A stretch of DNA of 64,000 nucleotides, from contig OX597815.1 in the NCBI GenBank assembly GCA_951406725.2, positions 13,020,001 to 13,084,000 on the forward strand, given 5' to 3'. Of the stretch, positions 40,075 through 54,034 are shown in pieces (within the stretch, counting starts at the first letter, position 1; every line of letters starts with the position of its first letter). The translations under genes and the position numbers were made by a program. Under the pieces are notes generated by a model that saw only the letters and a program-made list of their open reading frames with translations, did not search any database and was not told the DNA's origin. The DNA comes from Octopus vulgaris (lineage: Eukaryota).

Positions 40075-42002
40075 AAATTACTCTACTGATCATCATAGAC
40101 GCCTGCAGTTTCTCCAAATATACCGTTCTTTTTTCCCTATAAACTAGTGATCAATAGGACGCTTATTAAGATTTTACACTTAAGGCAATGCCCGGGAGAC
40201 TGGCGGACTGTGTACATCTGATGACATTCCAGACAACGTGCCTGCAAATTTTCTTATTACTGGGTCCAATATCAGAGATCTGTAAAGAAAACGCCTGACG
40301 AGTTTGACAAAAGTCAACACAAATTTCACATATTTATAAATGCCGCAGTCAATGCACCACCCCTTTGTAGTAGCTGAAGATAAATGAACTGAACAATGGA
40401 ACAATCTTTCTTTGACGCAGAAATTACAGAAAATATATCATCGGTGGCCTACAACAGCACTTTCAAGCTACACTTTAAAATGACTGAGGCAAAGACATTA
40501 TATAACATAGAGTATTTATTTTAATTGCTCAAAATAATAAAAGTAATGTATATAAAATATATATTGAACTGATGTATTATAACAACGCAAGAAGCATGTA
40601 TGGGCATCAGATTCATACTTAGTTTAAAATCGACGCCCTATAATACATATTAATATAACCGAGCCCTTTTATTATTTTCTAGGATCCCATTACCTCTGAA
40701 CAGGTACATTCGAAGTGATGAAAGATTGTCGGCATATTTTTTCACCGGTACACTTTAATCTGAGAATCTTCAGAATAGTTTTGTCATATTTTTGCACGTA
40801 GCAAAAAATCGTCATCTTATTTCGAATATTTTCTTTAATCTGAGGCAAAATTAATTGTATTTTCGACCAACCGTGACATAGAAGGTGATTTTATGAGTGT
40901 TTACCTTAAGTTTTATTCGCATCCTTTTGTGTACGTTGATTCTTCAGCATGCCTTTAGTGTGGTAACTGTTTCTGTTTTGTTTTTCTTTTACTTTTATGC
41001 ATTACAATCTCTTCAAAACTTGTCCAACCCTTTTTACTTTTTATTTACTCCTCGTTGCAGAACCACTGAATAAACGATATCGGTTCAGATCGACCTGCTC
41101 TATCAGGTCAAGATGTTCTTTTCCGATAATTCCTGGGGTTGAGGCCATATTAGTTGCACGCATATAGAAAGTATACATTTGTCTTCTTGCACCCTCATTT
41201 TCTCCCTCAGGCAGAAAAAACATAGGAATAAAAGTGGTGTGTCCCTTGTCTGTCGTTCAATACATCAATTTTGTTTATTAAATAAAGCTCCTTTATTTGG
41301 CTGAGTTCGCCGTTGTTGTTATTCTTTTTAAGAGTACTGTTACAATTGTCTTCGGTGTCAGTTTTAAATCTTAAAATATAGTTTCGCGTAGAATGCGTGG
41401 GTTTTCAAGTAAATTAAATTTTAGCATCCATTTCCTACGTGTAATTGTGCACATTTTTACGTTCCTCTCTTCTTTCTGTGGAGGTTGTGAGAAAACACTA
41501 TTTTAATTTGAATATAAATAGAAATACAAGAATATAATTATGTCCAGAAATGACAGGCCTCATGTTTTTGCGGAGTAATTACAGTTTCTATACTAGATAT
41601 TACGTAATAATAATAACCATCCTTTCTTTTAGCAGAAGGGCTGAAATTTAAGGAGAGGGAGATAATCAATTACGTTTGCAGCGATGCTTATGCGGTAATT
41701 TTTTATCGAGCCCAAGGCATTTCGTTCGACGCGCTAATAATTCTGCCATAATAATAAAGATAGACTCTCCTGTCGATTCCCACGAATGAGTGTTTGAAGG
41801 AGCGGTTTAAGTCTGAAAGACACAGAACAGCTTTTGAAAACAAATGAATGATGGAAACTGCATCTGTTTACGATGGATGCATGAGTGTAATTGGAGCCTA
41901 GGTACGGAGTTTGCTATGAAATTCCAATGGGACAACGATGATTTTTGATTTTTGATTGTGTCCTGGTATTCTGTAAATACCAGTTGATTAATTAATTTTT
42001 AT

Positions 42003-42408
42003 TTTTTACTTGTTTCAGTCATTTGACTGCGGCCATGCTGGAGCACCGCCTTTAATCGAGCAACTCGACCCCGGGACTTGTTCTTTGTAAGCCCAGTACT
42101 TATTCTATCGGTGTCTTTTGCCGAACCGCTAGGTGACGGGAACGTAAACACACCAGCATCGGTTGTCAAGCAATGCTAGGGGGACAAACACAGACACATA
42201 AACACACACACATACACACATATATATATATATATACATATATACGACATGCTTCTTTCAGTTTCCGTCCACCAAATCCACTCACAAGGCATTGGTCAAC
42301 CCGAGGCTATAGCAGAAGACACTTGCCCAAGGTGCCACGCAGTGGGACTGAACCCGGTACCATGTGGTTGGTAAGCAAGCTACTTACCACACAGCCACTC
42401 CTGCGCCT
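42003..42408 (-). mobile_element. SINE family A copy
   Basis: Full-length reverse-complement copy. Confidence 0.92.
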
Positions 42409-42510
42409 ATGTAACTCATTTATTGTTCTTTTGTTTGGAGTCAACTTATAATAATAATGATAATAACAATACATGCCATCACTTTGATGGCATGCACTGC
42501 TCTTTCACTC

Positions 42511-42554
<44 letters not shown>

Positions 42555-43332
42555 TGATGAGAAGAAGAAGAAGAAGAAGGAGGAGGAGGAGAAGAAGAAG
42601 AAGAACAAGAACAAGAACAAGAAGAACAAGAAGAACAAGAAGAAGAAGAACAAGAAGAACAAGAAGAACAAGAACAAGAAGAACAAGAAGAACAAGAAGA
42701 AGAAGACGAGAACTGGCAATAATATAAACAGCTGGCACGAAATCTCTTGGCAGGGGTTAATCGATTACATTCACCACATAGTTTGCTTGTAATATATTTA
42801 ATCGACCACGAGGTGATGATGAGCTATGTTGAATTTCCAGTGATCTGAGCTGATGTAAAAAAAATATAAAAGAAAGAAAAATAACACTAGAAATGCAGTC
42901 AATTATTTTTCGATGGTCTTTCGATTCCACCAATTAACCATAAACCGTAAATGTGGCACATAAATAGCATTGGTTAAGAGGTAAATGATACGAGTATAAT
43001 GGGATTACTCGAATGTGGAGGTACAAAGATTAGCGAAAAATACTAATCTGTGAGTTAATCAAGGTTGATTCAAACATCCTCTAATACTCCGAAACCCCTG
43101 CTGATGTCAATTTATTTGGGGTTCAATTTCGAGGGAGAAAATGATTAGGAAAAAAAAAAAATCATGACAGAAAAGTATCTGTGGCTATGAATATGAAAAT
43201 TTCAATAAAACAAACTTGGAAGGACAAGTACGATACTTGAAAGGAAGTCTTGCATGGAAGACAGAAAAACGGGATTCATAGAAATTATCATAACATCAAA
43301 CATTCTTGGTTGCAGACTGCTAAAGAAAAATA

Positions 43333-43749
43333 TCTTTATATATAAAAGTAATGTTGTGTGTCTGTCTCCTACGATTTAGATTCCTAACTACTCCCACATT
43401 TGGCGGTGCAGTTTAGCCAAAACCGGGTATCTTATAGTCGTGATTCTTATCGAGCCCTTCTGGGTATTAGCGCGCGTCTACGATGAGTCTCCGATTTTAA
43501 AAATAATTTACCATCATTTTTTTCCATTTTAATGCATTTTTTACTCGGTTTTATATAAGGGAAGTAACTCTCTAAAAATGTCTACGATGAGTCAATGATT
43601 TAAAAAAAAAATTACCATCATTTTTTTTCCATTTTTAATGCGTTTTTTTGCTATTTTTTGGCTATAACTCTCTAAAAATGCTTTATAGACCCGAGCAACG
43701 GGCGATACTGCTAGTAACAGACCCGAGCAACGCCGGGCGATACTGCTAG
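43333..43749 (+). mobile_element. Non-autonomous Helitron
   Basis: A|TC start (TCTTTATATATAAAAG), subterminal GC hairpin CCCGAGCAACGCCGGG, CTAG|T end, internal duplication. Confidence 0.85.
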
Positions 43750-45329
43750 TAACACATAAAAGTGGAGCGATGTAGGGTAAAATAAGTAAGTGTGTCCAAT
43801 GAAGAATGAATCAGTATCATCAGAATGGAAACGGGGGAAATAAATTTTGCCGGCACTCGGAATATGGACCTGAATACGAGGAGGATAATACATCAAATAC
43901 TAGAGTAGCAAAAATAATGCTGTCGGTTATTTCTGGCGAAATCATTGATTGTTACGGCACAGAGAAACGGATAATCGGAGCAGGGAAACACGAGGTTGAT
44001 GACAATGCAAATTTTGTAGATGCGTGGCTTCCCTTTACTTTTGTATCGCACTTCAAGTGGATGTATCAATAGTGTTAGATAAAGGCCGAAAACCGTCAAA
44101 ATGTTGTTGGAAATTACGTTTACATATTTGTTGTGCAAGATTTTTAAAGTGAAATCGTTTGTTGAAACACATATTGTTGTATTTCGGAATGGTCATTTTG
44201 CCAGTTTAGCCAGTAAATAATACTGAAGCAAAGTAACACCAAATATATAGTGCGTGTGTTTTTATTGGCTCAACTGGCAAAATGACCATTCCGAAATACA
44301 ACTATAGTTGTTGAAAATCTTTACGAGCCTGAATGCCACAATACTAGACTAGCCCAATTTAATGTGTTTTGTAAAAGACTATGTTATTTCGCATATCCAT
44401 AGTGAGAGCAATTTCCACACCTTGACAGTGTGAAGGAAGTAGAGAAGAAATGATAAAGATGCAAGTGGAAACCAACCGATCCAGTGGAAACCAGCCGAAG
44501 GGTAAGTTCCAACTTGCAGAGCGCCATCAGTCACAGCTTCGGTAAATTGAATGCAATCATATCCTGTGCAGCTCTAGATATAAGAAAGTGGAAATTTCAT
44601 CCAGTAACATTTAGAATATGTGACACTGGAGCATACTCTTGTGCCGAGGAAGAGAATGTTACTGAGGAAAGTATCCAACCTTTCAGTGGAAACAAAAATT
44701 AGAACGAGCAATACGCCCAGAAAAAGGAATAGAAGTCAACAGAAACCGAAAACAACAAAATCGGTTGAAGAGGGGCAATCTATTTTAATTAACAATGGTG
44801 ATCTTCATCAGAGTATTGACAAATCCGTCGTAGAATAACGAAGATTTCCCGGTGATGTAAAAATGATAAAGATACTGCTGGCGTTAAGAAAAGATGAAAC
44901 ACTCTAAGGACAGGTTGTTGACAAAAACGATAGAAAGACGAACTTAAGCAATGTCATGCTAAACATGTCGATTATTATAATTGAAATGAATTTGATAAAA
45001 TTAAAACATTTATAATATAGACAGAAAGAGAAACTGATAGGAACTTGTGTAGGTGGTGCAACACAGAAAACAGCAATATTTCAATTATATTTTCCGTGTA
45101 TATTTGAGAAATTGCTGAGATGACGTTCTAATAATTTATAATGTAAGATGAAGATACCAATATAGTATTAGAAACATTTACTCAGACACATGTAAATATT
45201 CATGACGGATTTTACATTACTACTACTACCAGTATGATGGAGAACAAATCTGCATATGAAGAACGCTAATATACGTTTTGATACAGCTATAGGGAAAATT
45301 GCAACAACGGACACGGAAAATATATATTA

Positions 45330-45416
<87 letters not shown>

Positions 45417-47559
45417 CATAACAGTATTTTCCGTATCCGTTGTTGCAATTTTCACAAGCATAAACACAAATACATAAATATATATATATATATATATCTG
45501 TGTGTGTGTCTGTGTGTGTGTGTGTATGTGTGTGTGTGTGTTTGTGTGTGTGTATGTATGTATGTATGTATTTGTGTTTATCCTTGTGTATGTGTATACA
45601 CTACATATGCATATATGCGAACAATTTATTTAATTTTATATACGTATTTCGACGTGTACGTTTGCTTGTATGTCACTTATCAGTGCGTGTATTTTCACAC
45701 TCTTGGAATATCTGTATCACGCATACAGATACATTAATACAATAGACACAATAGACGCGGTATACAGCCATAATGATGTAAATTTCTATTAGCATACGGC
45801 AGCAAGTGATTTCTTGCAGACACACATGTACAAACTCACACGTACAAAATGGAAACCGTCAGATTCCTATACTGATAAGCTTTTGAAATTATTTAAGAGA
45901 GAACACAACTGTAGATTTTGAATGAAGAAAGTAAACAGAAAAGTTGATTAATGGAGAGATAGAGCAATTTTACTTTAGAAGAGCAAGCAATTGGAAGTAA
46001 ATTTAATTTAGACGCCAGCATATGAGAAACACTAGATGCTTCCTGTTGTTTTCATTATTATTATTGATTGTTTCTGACTAGGGACACGAAATGAATTTAC
46101 TGGTGTTATATAGATGAAGGTATACTACTTTCTAATCAAGTGATGTTAGCTGTAGAACACAACCCTCTCTCTCTAAGATTCCATGCCTATTTCCCGTAAT
46201 AATTACTCTTAACAATAGTGGCTATGCGGTGTTTTCATTCCAATTGATGATCGAATGCTGATAAGGTATTGGATAACCAATATTAAATTAATATTACTAT
46301 GACGAGTATTTCATGTTTTCAGTCACAAAGCCAGCTCTTATGGCTGCCTACGCTTTTTTTTCTTCCTTTTAGTTTTTAAAGACACATGTGTGTGTGTTTT
46401 CTTTTACCGCCAGGTTTTCAATATTTTAGTGTTCATACTGTTCCACCAGATTTACACCTCAGAGAGCTTGTTGAGTGTGCAGTATTCATTTTTGATGGAT
46501 CTCTTACATTATATTCAACGTAATGTTAATTTAATATTTTATTAATTTTCTAGAATTTGTAGTGTTTCATTTGCTCTATCAATTAGATTGTGCGTTTGTG
46601 TACTGTATAACATGGAAAAGGATTAAACTGTAATTGTGAAGAATTATGGGCCTTGATAGTTGTCTTGCTGTTACCTGCCGACTGGGTATATAATAAGCTA
46701 TGAATTTCTTTTAGAATATAACCTGAGTAGTGTGGATTATTGTATTAACGTTTCCTGCCACTGAATGACGTCCGAATCTATGAAGTCATATTTTTGTCCA
46801 TTATTGCTTATAATCATGCTTTCTTTATAACTTTCATAAGAATTACCCTTGTAATTAATACTCTCTTGCATTCATATCTATCCTACAGTAACTTTCTATG
46901 CCAGGATGCGTATACTTTAAGTTTACTAAAATATATTTTTGCGTTATATGTTTTTATAGGTGCGATTGCGATATCCATCAGAAAACATAATATTATTTTC
47001 TCCTGAGTACTTCTATTTTGGCAGATCATCTTCATCGTTTTGGTTCTACATTACATACATATTAGTTCGTTTCGCATTTGATGTCAAGTATGAAATATTT
47101 CCATATTTCCAGAGATAGTATCCAAATTGTCCAAGACTTCTTAACATATTGTATTTCTAAGAAACTGGTCTTAAACATCATGTAACAAATATTCTATTGC
47201 TCACAGAGGAGTCTTCAACAGAGTCTTGAATATATTGGTGCAATGATTTAGATCTCTATTTAACTCTCTTTCTCCCTTACTCTCCTTCTCTTTCTCTGTC
47301 ACTATCTCTTTTTCTCTTTCTCTCTCTGTCTCTCATTTGCTTTAGTATAATCTAGATTTTGATTTGAATTTATTCTTTTGTTTATACAGTTTCTCTACCT
47401 CCTCATTCACAAAGTTTTCTATAGCATATATTATAATTTAGTTCCTAATTTATTATTACGATTTGAACATCTTTATTTTAATAACTAACTTTTATTTACT
47501 TATATGTGTTTTCATGGATTCAAGGTAATTCCTGTAAAATTATGCAGTGACATGAAGGG

Positions 47560-48755
47560 TAATGTTGGAAAAAATCCCGTTCGGTTCTTCAGCAAAAATA
47601 GAATAAAATTGTTAAATTCAAACATGGATATGCTTATATTTTCAGTCCACTTTATTCTGCCATCGTGTGGGCAGCTCCATAAAGGAGCTTCTTACAAGAA
47701 TGTCCTATCTATATTGGCGAAAAATACTACCAACTGAATTTTTACCTCCTCTTCAGACGTGAATGTCTGTCCATTCAGTGAAGTTTGCAGAGACTGAAAC
47801 AGGAGTATAACCGAATTGGCTAAGCCGAACGAAGAATGAGGGTGCGGCAAAACTTTCCAAGCAAGTCTCAGACGTTTCTCTGATGTTTACCGAACAATAT
47901 ACCGCCTGGTATTGTCCGTGATGAAAGACAATGCCCTTACGATTAGCAAATGTTGAATTCTTCTGGTAAAAAGATAAATTTAATTAGTCTTGTTAGCCAG
48001 AGTACACGTACGAATTCGAATGAAACTCGAAGCTCGTAAAAGCAACACTCTTCTAATTCCTCCAACTTCAAACCACAGCCACCTTTGAGCTATGTCCTAC
48101 GTTGGAGTTCGTTTTTAGCGGTTCACCACTCTTCCCCGTTGATCGCTTGCACTTCACATTGTTATACACGACCCCATTATTGTCATCTGTCATCATTCCC
48201 TTAAAAAAAAAAAGAATAGGCTACTTTAGGTTTCTATAACGAATCACAGATTGAATTACGTTGGGTAAGGTTAGCCTCGCTCAGTTGCAACATCAAGCCT
48301 CCTGACTTAACCAATTGTTGCAGATGGTTTTCAACACTCCATGTGAATAACTGGGAAACATCTGCGATCATCCTGGTTGTATAGTGGGCGTTGAGCGGCT
48401 GTTAATTTCACTTTGCCTGCAAGAGCGAGGTGAAACTTGAACCAAAAACTTTGCCGATTTAAATTATGAAAACAACTTCTGGTATACATGCTCCGTACTT
48501 AGCGTATATCTGCTCGCAAGTTTCCACAGCTTTGTAACCTTTTCAAAAATTAAAACAAAGCATGAGTTGTTGATAAAGGCCGTGTTGGTTCTTCATTTTC
48601 AGAGTGATTCCGAGCGCAAGGATGCGTCGTAATACGTTCAAATATCAAGCATCTAACAAGTGTGCATGTGCAAGGGACAGACTAACGTTAGCTACTTATT
48701 AGAGTACTTGAAATCTAATGTTAACAAAAGCCAAACAGACTTTTGGCCAACCCGG
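47560..48755 (-). mobile_element. Decayed near-full-length mariner
   Basis: Remnants of TGDEKW (MMTDD) and VFHH.DN motifs; TIR-like end ...GACTTTTGGCCAACCCGG-TA. Confidence 0.7.
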
Positions 48756-48769
48756 TATCTCCGTTTGAT

Positions 48770-51700
48770 TTTTATTTAGGATGGCGTCTTCTAGACGCAG
48801 TTTATAGTTTTGTAATATTTTCTGTAGTGTTGCTTTTGCTATGAAGTTTTACTCTACTATTAAGTGCAGATATGCCTTCTCTATGAGTAATGAAATACAT
48901 TTTTTTTTGCGGGGCAGGGGCATATTCCATTATATAATATTATATAACAAGTATATGTCATGCATTGTAGTCCCATTTATATATTTTTCATATTTATTAG
49001 CGCTGATGTTAGCAGTATTTTTTTGTCTGCATGATGTTTTAAAATTATTTCCAAGGTAGCATCTATGAAAGCGATTGCTCTGGTTGTGAGTCTTTCATCT
49101 TGATTAGTTTTTATGTTCATATGCAGATTCTTGAAAAAAACATTTCATTTTCTGTTAGAAATATATTATCATTTTGCTTTAAATGGGCCTTCCCTTGGTA
49201 GGTAATATCACAGCATCTTGTCTTTAGCATAATCATCCGATTAACGTTCGTATATATATCTTCGTCTTTATGGAATGCTTTACATTAGGGCAAGATAACT
49301 TTGTCAAATTCTCCCAGTAACTGTGTTATTTCACTCATGCTTTGATGTATTATATTTCATATTGGTTTTATCTGCTCATCGTTAAACGAGTATTGGCTCA
49401 CTTTTGAGTGTGATGGCATAGACATTTTTGTGTCATCGGGGTAATTCTTTAGGGCGGACCTGCGCACTTGTGAGCTAATACTTCATAGTGTGATGATAAA
49501 TAATGGTCTTAGAGCCCTACTCTAAGATATACCACTTAATACAGGTGACTTTGCAGAGATAAAACCGTTTGCAGCAACAGGTTGCTTCCTACGCCATAAG
49601 AAGTAAAAAGGCCACTGCCTGAGTTTTGGAGTGATACCAAAATCCATTAACCCATGACAAATAATTCCATAATAAATCTTATTAAATGCTTTAGCAAAAT
49701 CAAGGGATATAGTCAGAGTTTATCCCTCTCAAGCGATTAATGAGAATAGCATTATGGTTGTAAAAGTTGCGACAGGGAACTTTGTCCAGTTTGAAAGCTA
49801 TGTTGTTTATTTCCAAGGCGTTTGTTTCCCAAAAGGTAAGTATTTATTCTTTTTCAGGCCGAGCATCCGACAGTTTTAGAAATGTGAGATATGAGAGAAA
49901 CAGGTCAGTAACTTTTAGCTTCAGCCCTGTTATCATTGCGTGTAGGTTTTACTATTTGTTCTTTCATTATTTCTAGGAAAATGTCAGTATCTAGCGACAT
50001 TTGAAATAGCATCTATCATGGTTTGGCGAGATTATTTTTGTACGTTTATCATTATATGGTTGGTGTGGAGGCGCAATGGCCCAGTGGTTAGGGCAGCGGA
50101 CTCGCGGTCATAGGATCGCGGTTTCGACTCCCAGACCGGGCGTTGTGAAGGTTTATTGAGCGAAAACACCTAAAAGCTCCACATGGCTCCGGCAAGGGAT
50201 GGTGGTGATCCCTGCTGTACTCTTTCACCACAACTTTCTCTCACTCTTACTTCCTGTTTCTGTTGTACCTGTATTTCAAGGGGCCGGCTTTGTCACTCTC
50301 TGTGTTACGCTGAATATCCCCGAGAACTACGTTAAGGGTGCACGTGTCTGTGGAGTGCTCAGCCACTTACACGTTAATTTCACGAGCAGGCTGTTCCGTT
50401 GATTCGGATCAACCGGAACCCTCGTCGTCGTAACCGACGGAGTGCTTCCATCCATATGGTTGGTATACTACCTGGCTCAGATGCTGAGTTTGAATCTAAC
50501 CCATTAGTAGCTGTAAATATATCCTCTTCCGTAATGTCCTTAATTTATCTGCAGTTGAATTCTAGGGATCAAAGAGTTCATCCGAATTATGAACCTTTTT
50601 ATTAGTTATGAATTGCTATGAGTTGAAAATGCACTGTTATATTTTTCACTCAAGAATGAGCATATCTGTGATAAATCATTAGTATATGATACTTTTCGGC
50701 CCATCGGAAGGCAGATTTATGTTTAGCAGACTGGCAAAAGGACTGGAGTTTATTTACACTTGATATCCTCCACTGCTCTGTATTTCTTTGGCAAAGTTTC
50801 TATTCCATAACATATTTTAGAATCCAGTTCACAGCTTTTTCTTTCCTTTTTTTTTTTTTTTTCGCAATTCCCTTCATTGAAGAAACTTAGCTTTTTACCT
50901 GTTTTGTTAGTTTGGTTTTGTTGTGTTTTAGCATCCGTGTATCTCGTAGAATCGAGTTCTAGCGGGAACAGGCGAATTTGTATGGGCTATGTGTTCAACA
51001 GATTTTGATTAACTAATCGTATATAAATTACATTCCCTCATTTGCATTGAGGTTTCCGATATACTGAGACCAGTTTGTCTTGAGGATATCAGTTTCAATT
51101 TCCTTCCACTCGGCGCTCCTAAAATTCAAGCTCCTGAGGCATGAATCATGTTTCATGCTATTTGTGTGTGTTGCCCTCTTTGAACCATATGTAAAGTATT
51201 GTATAATATAGTAGTCATAAATAGCTGTTAGAATGACCTGAACATTGCGAATAAAGTTTGTATTAGTATTAAAGACTTGCTGCATGGAGGAATATTTCAA
51301 GGAGGCCATTCAAATCCTGTATTGTTGTTTAGTTCCAGGTTGGATATAGGCTTGAAATCACCTGATATAAGGGAAATTAAATTCGCCCTTAAAAGTACAT
51401 TGGTCTGCGGTCGGCCTCAGAGTTTGACTTATGGATGACAAAGTATATCTGAAGTAATCTGGTTAGCATCATGAGAAGAACTGTAGGTAATGCCTATGAT
51501 CAAATTGAGGTCGCGAACATGCATTGTTAGTGTATTGCACACTGTTGGAGTAGGAGAGAAGGACATTTGTTGCTAGAACTTCATGAGGTGAAGATTTCTA
51601 CTCTTTATTTGTGTGTTTATCATAAATTTGCATACGCATTTCCGTGACCAGTATGTATGGGGTCAGATGTGTTTCACATACTTCTACGCATAGTTTCTTT

Positions 51701-52300
51701 TCTCGATTTGTGAAGTGTAAGAGACCTTGTGCGTTAACATTATTATTGAGTCAGGATTGTGGGTTAATGACAACAATGTTGCGTGTTTGTGCATTGGGAG
51801 GTAACAGCAGTGGTTGCTGCGATGTGAGAGCTAAATGTTTCTTCTTGGACTTCGTTTGCCAGATTCGTCATGGTTAATAAACATTGTTCTTGCTTCCGAA
51901 AGGGTTGGTCTCTAGAATTGCTATGGCTGCATTGTTGGATATGGTTATGGTTATCTGGTTTGCCGAAACTCGTAGATATCGGAGTGACTTCTGAATTTCG
52001 ATAGAAGTCTGGACGAGCATTGTCACTACAGGAATGTTTCTACTGTAGATTTTGCTGTGGCTTGGAGTAATGCTTTTAATAGTACGCCGAGTCTCTAAGG
52101 GAGGAGTAACGGGACAGTCACACATTAGATATAATCTCACGCGTTTGGAGCAGTGGTAGTTTTTAGGATCCTGGCTTACAAGTGTAGAAGCTAAACAGTT
52201 TCATTCAGTATTTTGTTGTTGTGATAGTGATGGTAGATGTGTGTTTTAGCGGTAGCTGGTGTTACTCGTATGAAGTGTGAGTCTTGTCTCTGGTGAAGAC
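48770..52300 (-). pseudogene. Decayed CR1/L2-like LINE (ORF1, APE, RT)
   Basis: Minus-strand LDFAKAF, V.SG remnant, YPDDTK (YADDTK), GEFNFP (GDFNFP). Confidence 0.8.
50065..50453 (+). mobile_element. Full-length SINE family B with 11-bp TSD, inserted in the LINE relic
   Basis: A-box TGGCCCAGTGG, B-box-like GGTTTCGACTCC; TSD ATATGGTTGGT at 50054-50064 and 50454-50464. Confidence 0.93.
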
Positions 52301-52308
52301 GCAGTTAC

Positions 52309-53196
52309 GGATCTTTTCAATTCTGAAGCCAGTTTTTTCAAATTTTTCCTACTGAACCAAACAATTTGAAACTACGTATACTGGTAGAATGTGTCAAAAG
52401 TAAACTTAATTGTAAACCAGAATGAAAACGGAATTGTAACTTCTAAGTTTAACGTTGTTTAATAATTAGAATTTTAACCAATGATATTCCGTCATTCGGC
52501 TTTATTTTATTTACTCCGTCTCGACCACCAATTTGGTGACGTATTAAACATCTTAAATGTAAACAAGCCGCATATCTCCGTGAAATCTCCTTCTAATTAT
52601 TTAACGTACTCATGTTTCCAGGATCCTATAGTCAGCCACCTTCTAATAACAATATTTAAAACTAGTTAATAAGCAACATGTATTAAATTGAAAATGTTTC
52701 CATTCTGTTAGTACTTGCTTTCGTTTGCTATTAAGAAGTGGCATCTCAGTGACGAGGCTTCTAACAAGATTTCGTTTCTAAGCTAATGCGTTTCATTTCA
52801 CTTATTGTATTTATTTGTGCAAAAGGCAAGAAATTTAATATTAAAAAAGCAAAGAGCTGGCAGAAACGTTAGCACGCCGGGCGAAATGCGTAGCCGTATT
52901 TCGTCTGCCGTTACGTTCTGTGTTTGTTTACAGTTTTCCGAACGTTAGTACGTCACAAAAGCGCTTTCTACGTCACACTAATAGAATGCAGTCAAGTTTT
53001 ACACATGAAAACAAACAATCTGATTGGTTAAAATTCGCAGTTTTAATCTACGATTAAAGTCATAAAATAGATTTTTCTCAAATAAACTAGTTCCAACCTG
53101 TGTCTTGTTTTGCTAGACTCTATCAGCATACGAAGTTTCAGAATATTTAGTTAAGTAGAAAGATCTGTGGTCCTGGCTTCAGAATTGAAAAGATCC
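52309..53196. mobile_element. Non-autonomous DNA transposon with 24-bp TIR and 8-bp TSD (Merlin-like)
   Basis: Perfect TIR GGATCTTTTCAATTCTGAAGCCAG; TSD GCAGTTAC at 52301-52308 and 53197-53204. Confidence 0.88.
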
Positions 53197-53798
53197 GCAG
53201 TTACTAACAATGCATTCTCTCGCTTTAGAAATAACTGCATATTTTTTGGTTTCCTATTTTCATAGATTTTACTTTGTTTATAGTTAGATTATTTATCACG
53301 GAGCTGTGTGGTATATATTCAGATCGAGGTTGATAGTAGGAGGAAAGAAAGTTGTAGTAGAAGCGTTAATTGTAGTAGCAGTATAATAGGATGGCGATGG
53401 TGTTGATGGATTTCTTGCACCATTCTGATAAAGTGAGAAATTTGAGTGACTTGAATGTGGGGATAGGCCAGGGGGTGATTAGTTTAATACGATTTCAATC
53501 GTGGTATTATTGAGGAGTGGCCGCGGCTGCTGATTTTATTGTTGTTCTTCTGAGCGGTAATGGTAGTGTAGCAATGGAACAGGATTACAACGATGATGAT
53601 TGGTCACTTTCGGTGTTCTAAGGAAATGAGAAATGTCGGACTGTTACGGGCTGTTGATTGACGGCTTCAGTAGGTCATCGGTTGTGCTACTATTGAGGAA
53701 AGGCCGCAGCTGATGTTAATGATGTTGTTTTTGTGGCTGCTGCTATTGTTGTTGAAGCCTAATTGGAGAAAACACATGCTGAATATTGTCAAAATATA

Positions 53799-53998
53799 TA
53801 CTCTTTTACTCTTTTACTTATTTCAGTCATTTGACTGCGGCCATGCTGGTGCACCGCCTTAAATCGAGCAAATCGACCCCGGGACTTATTCTTTTGTAAG
53901 CCCAGTACTTATTCTATCGGTTTCTTTTTGCCGAACCGCTAAGTGACGGGGACGTAAACACACCAGCATCGGTTGTCAAGCAATGCTAGGGGGACAAT

Positions 53999-54034
<36 letters not shown>

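Noticed and set aside
42173-42451. Recurrent peptide MPRSGTEPGTMWLVSKLLTTQPL seen in several ORFs
   Set aside because: Antisense translation of SINE family A, not a gene family
45880-47230. Possible old LINE or PLE relic; similar unresolved tracts at 23560-23900, 35540-36060, 43760-45000 and 58700-59700
   Set aside because: Only isolated motif-like remnants; family cannot be assigned by eye
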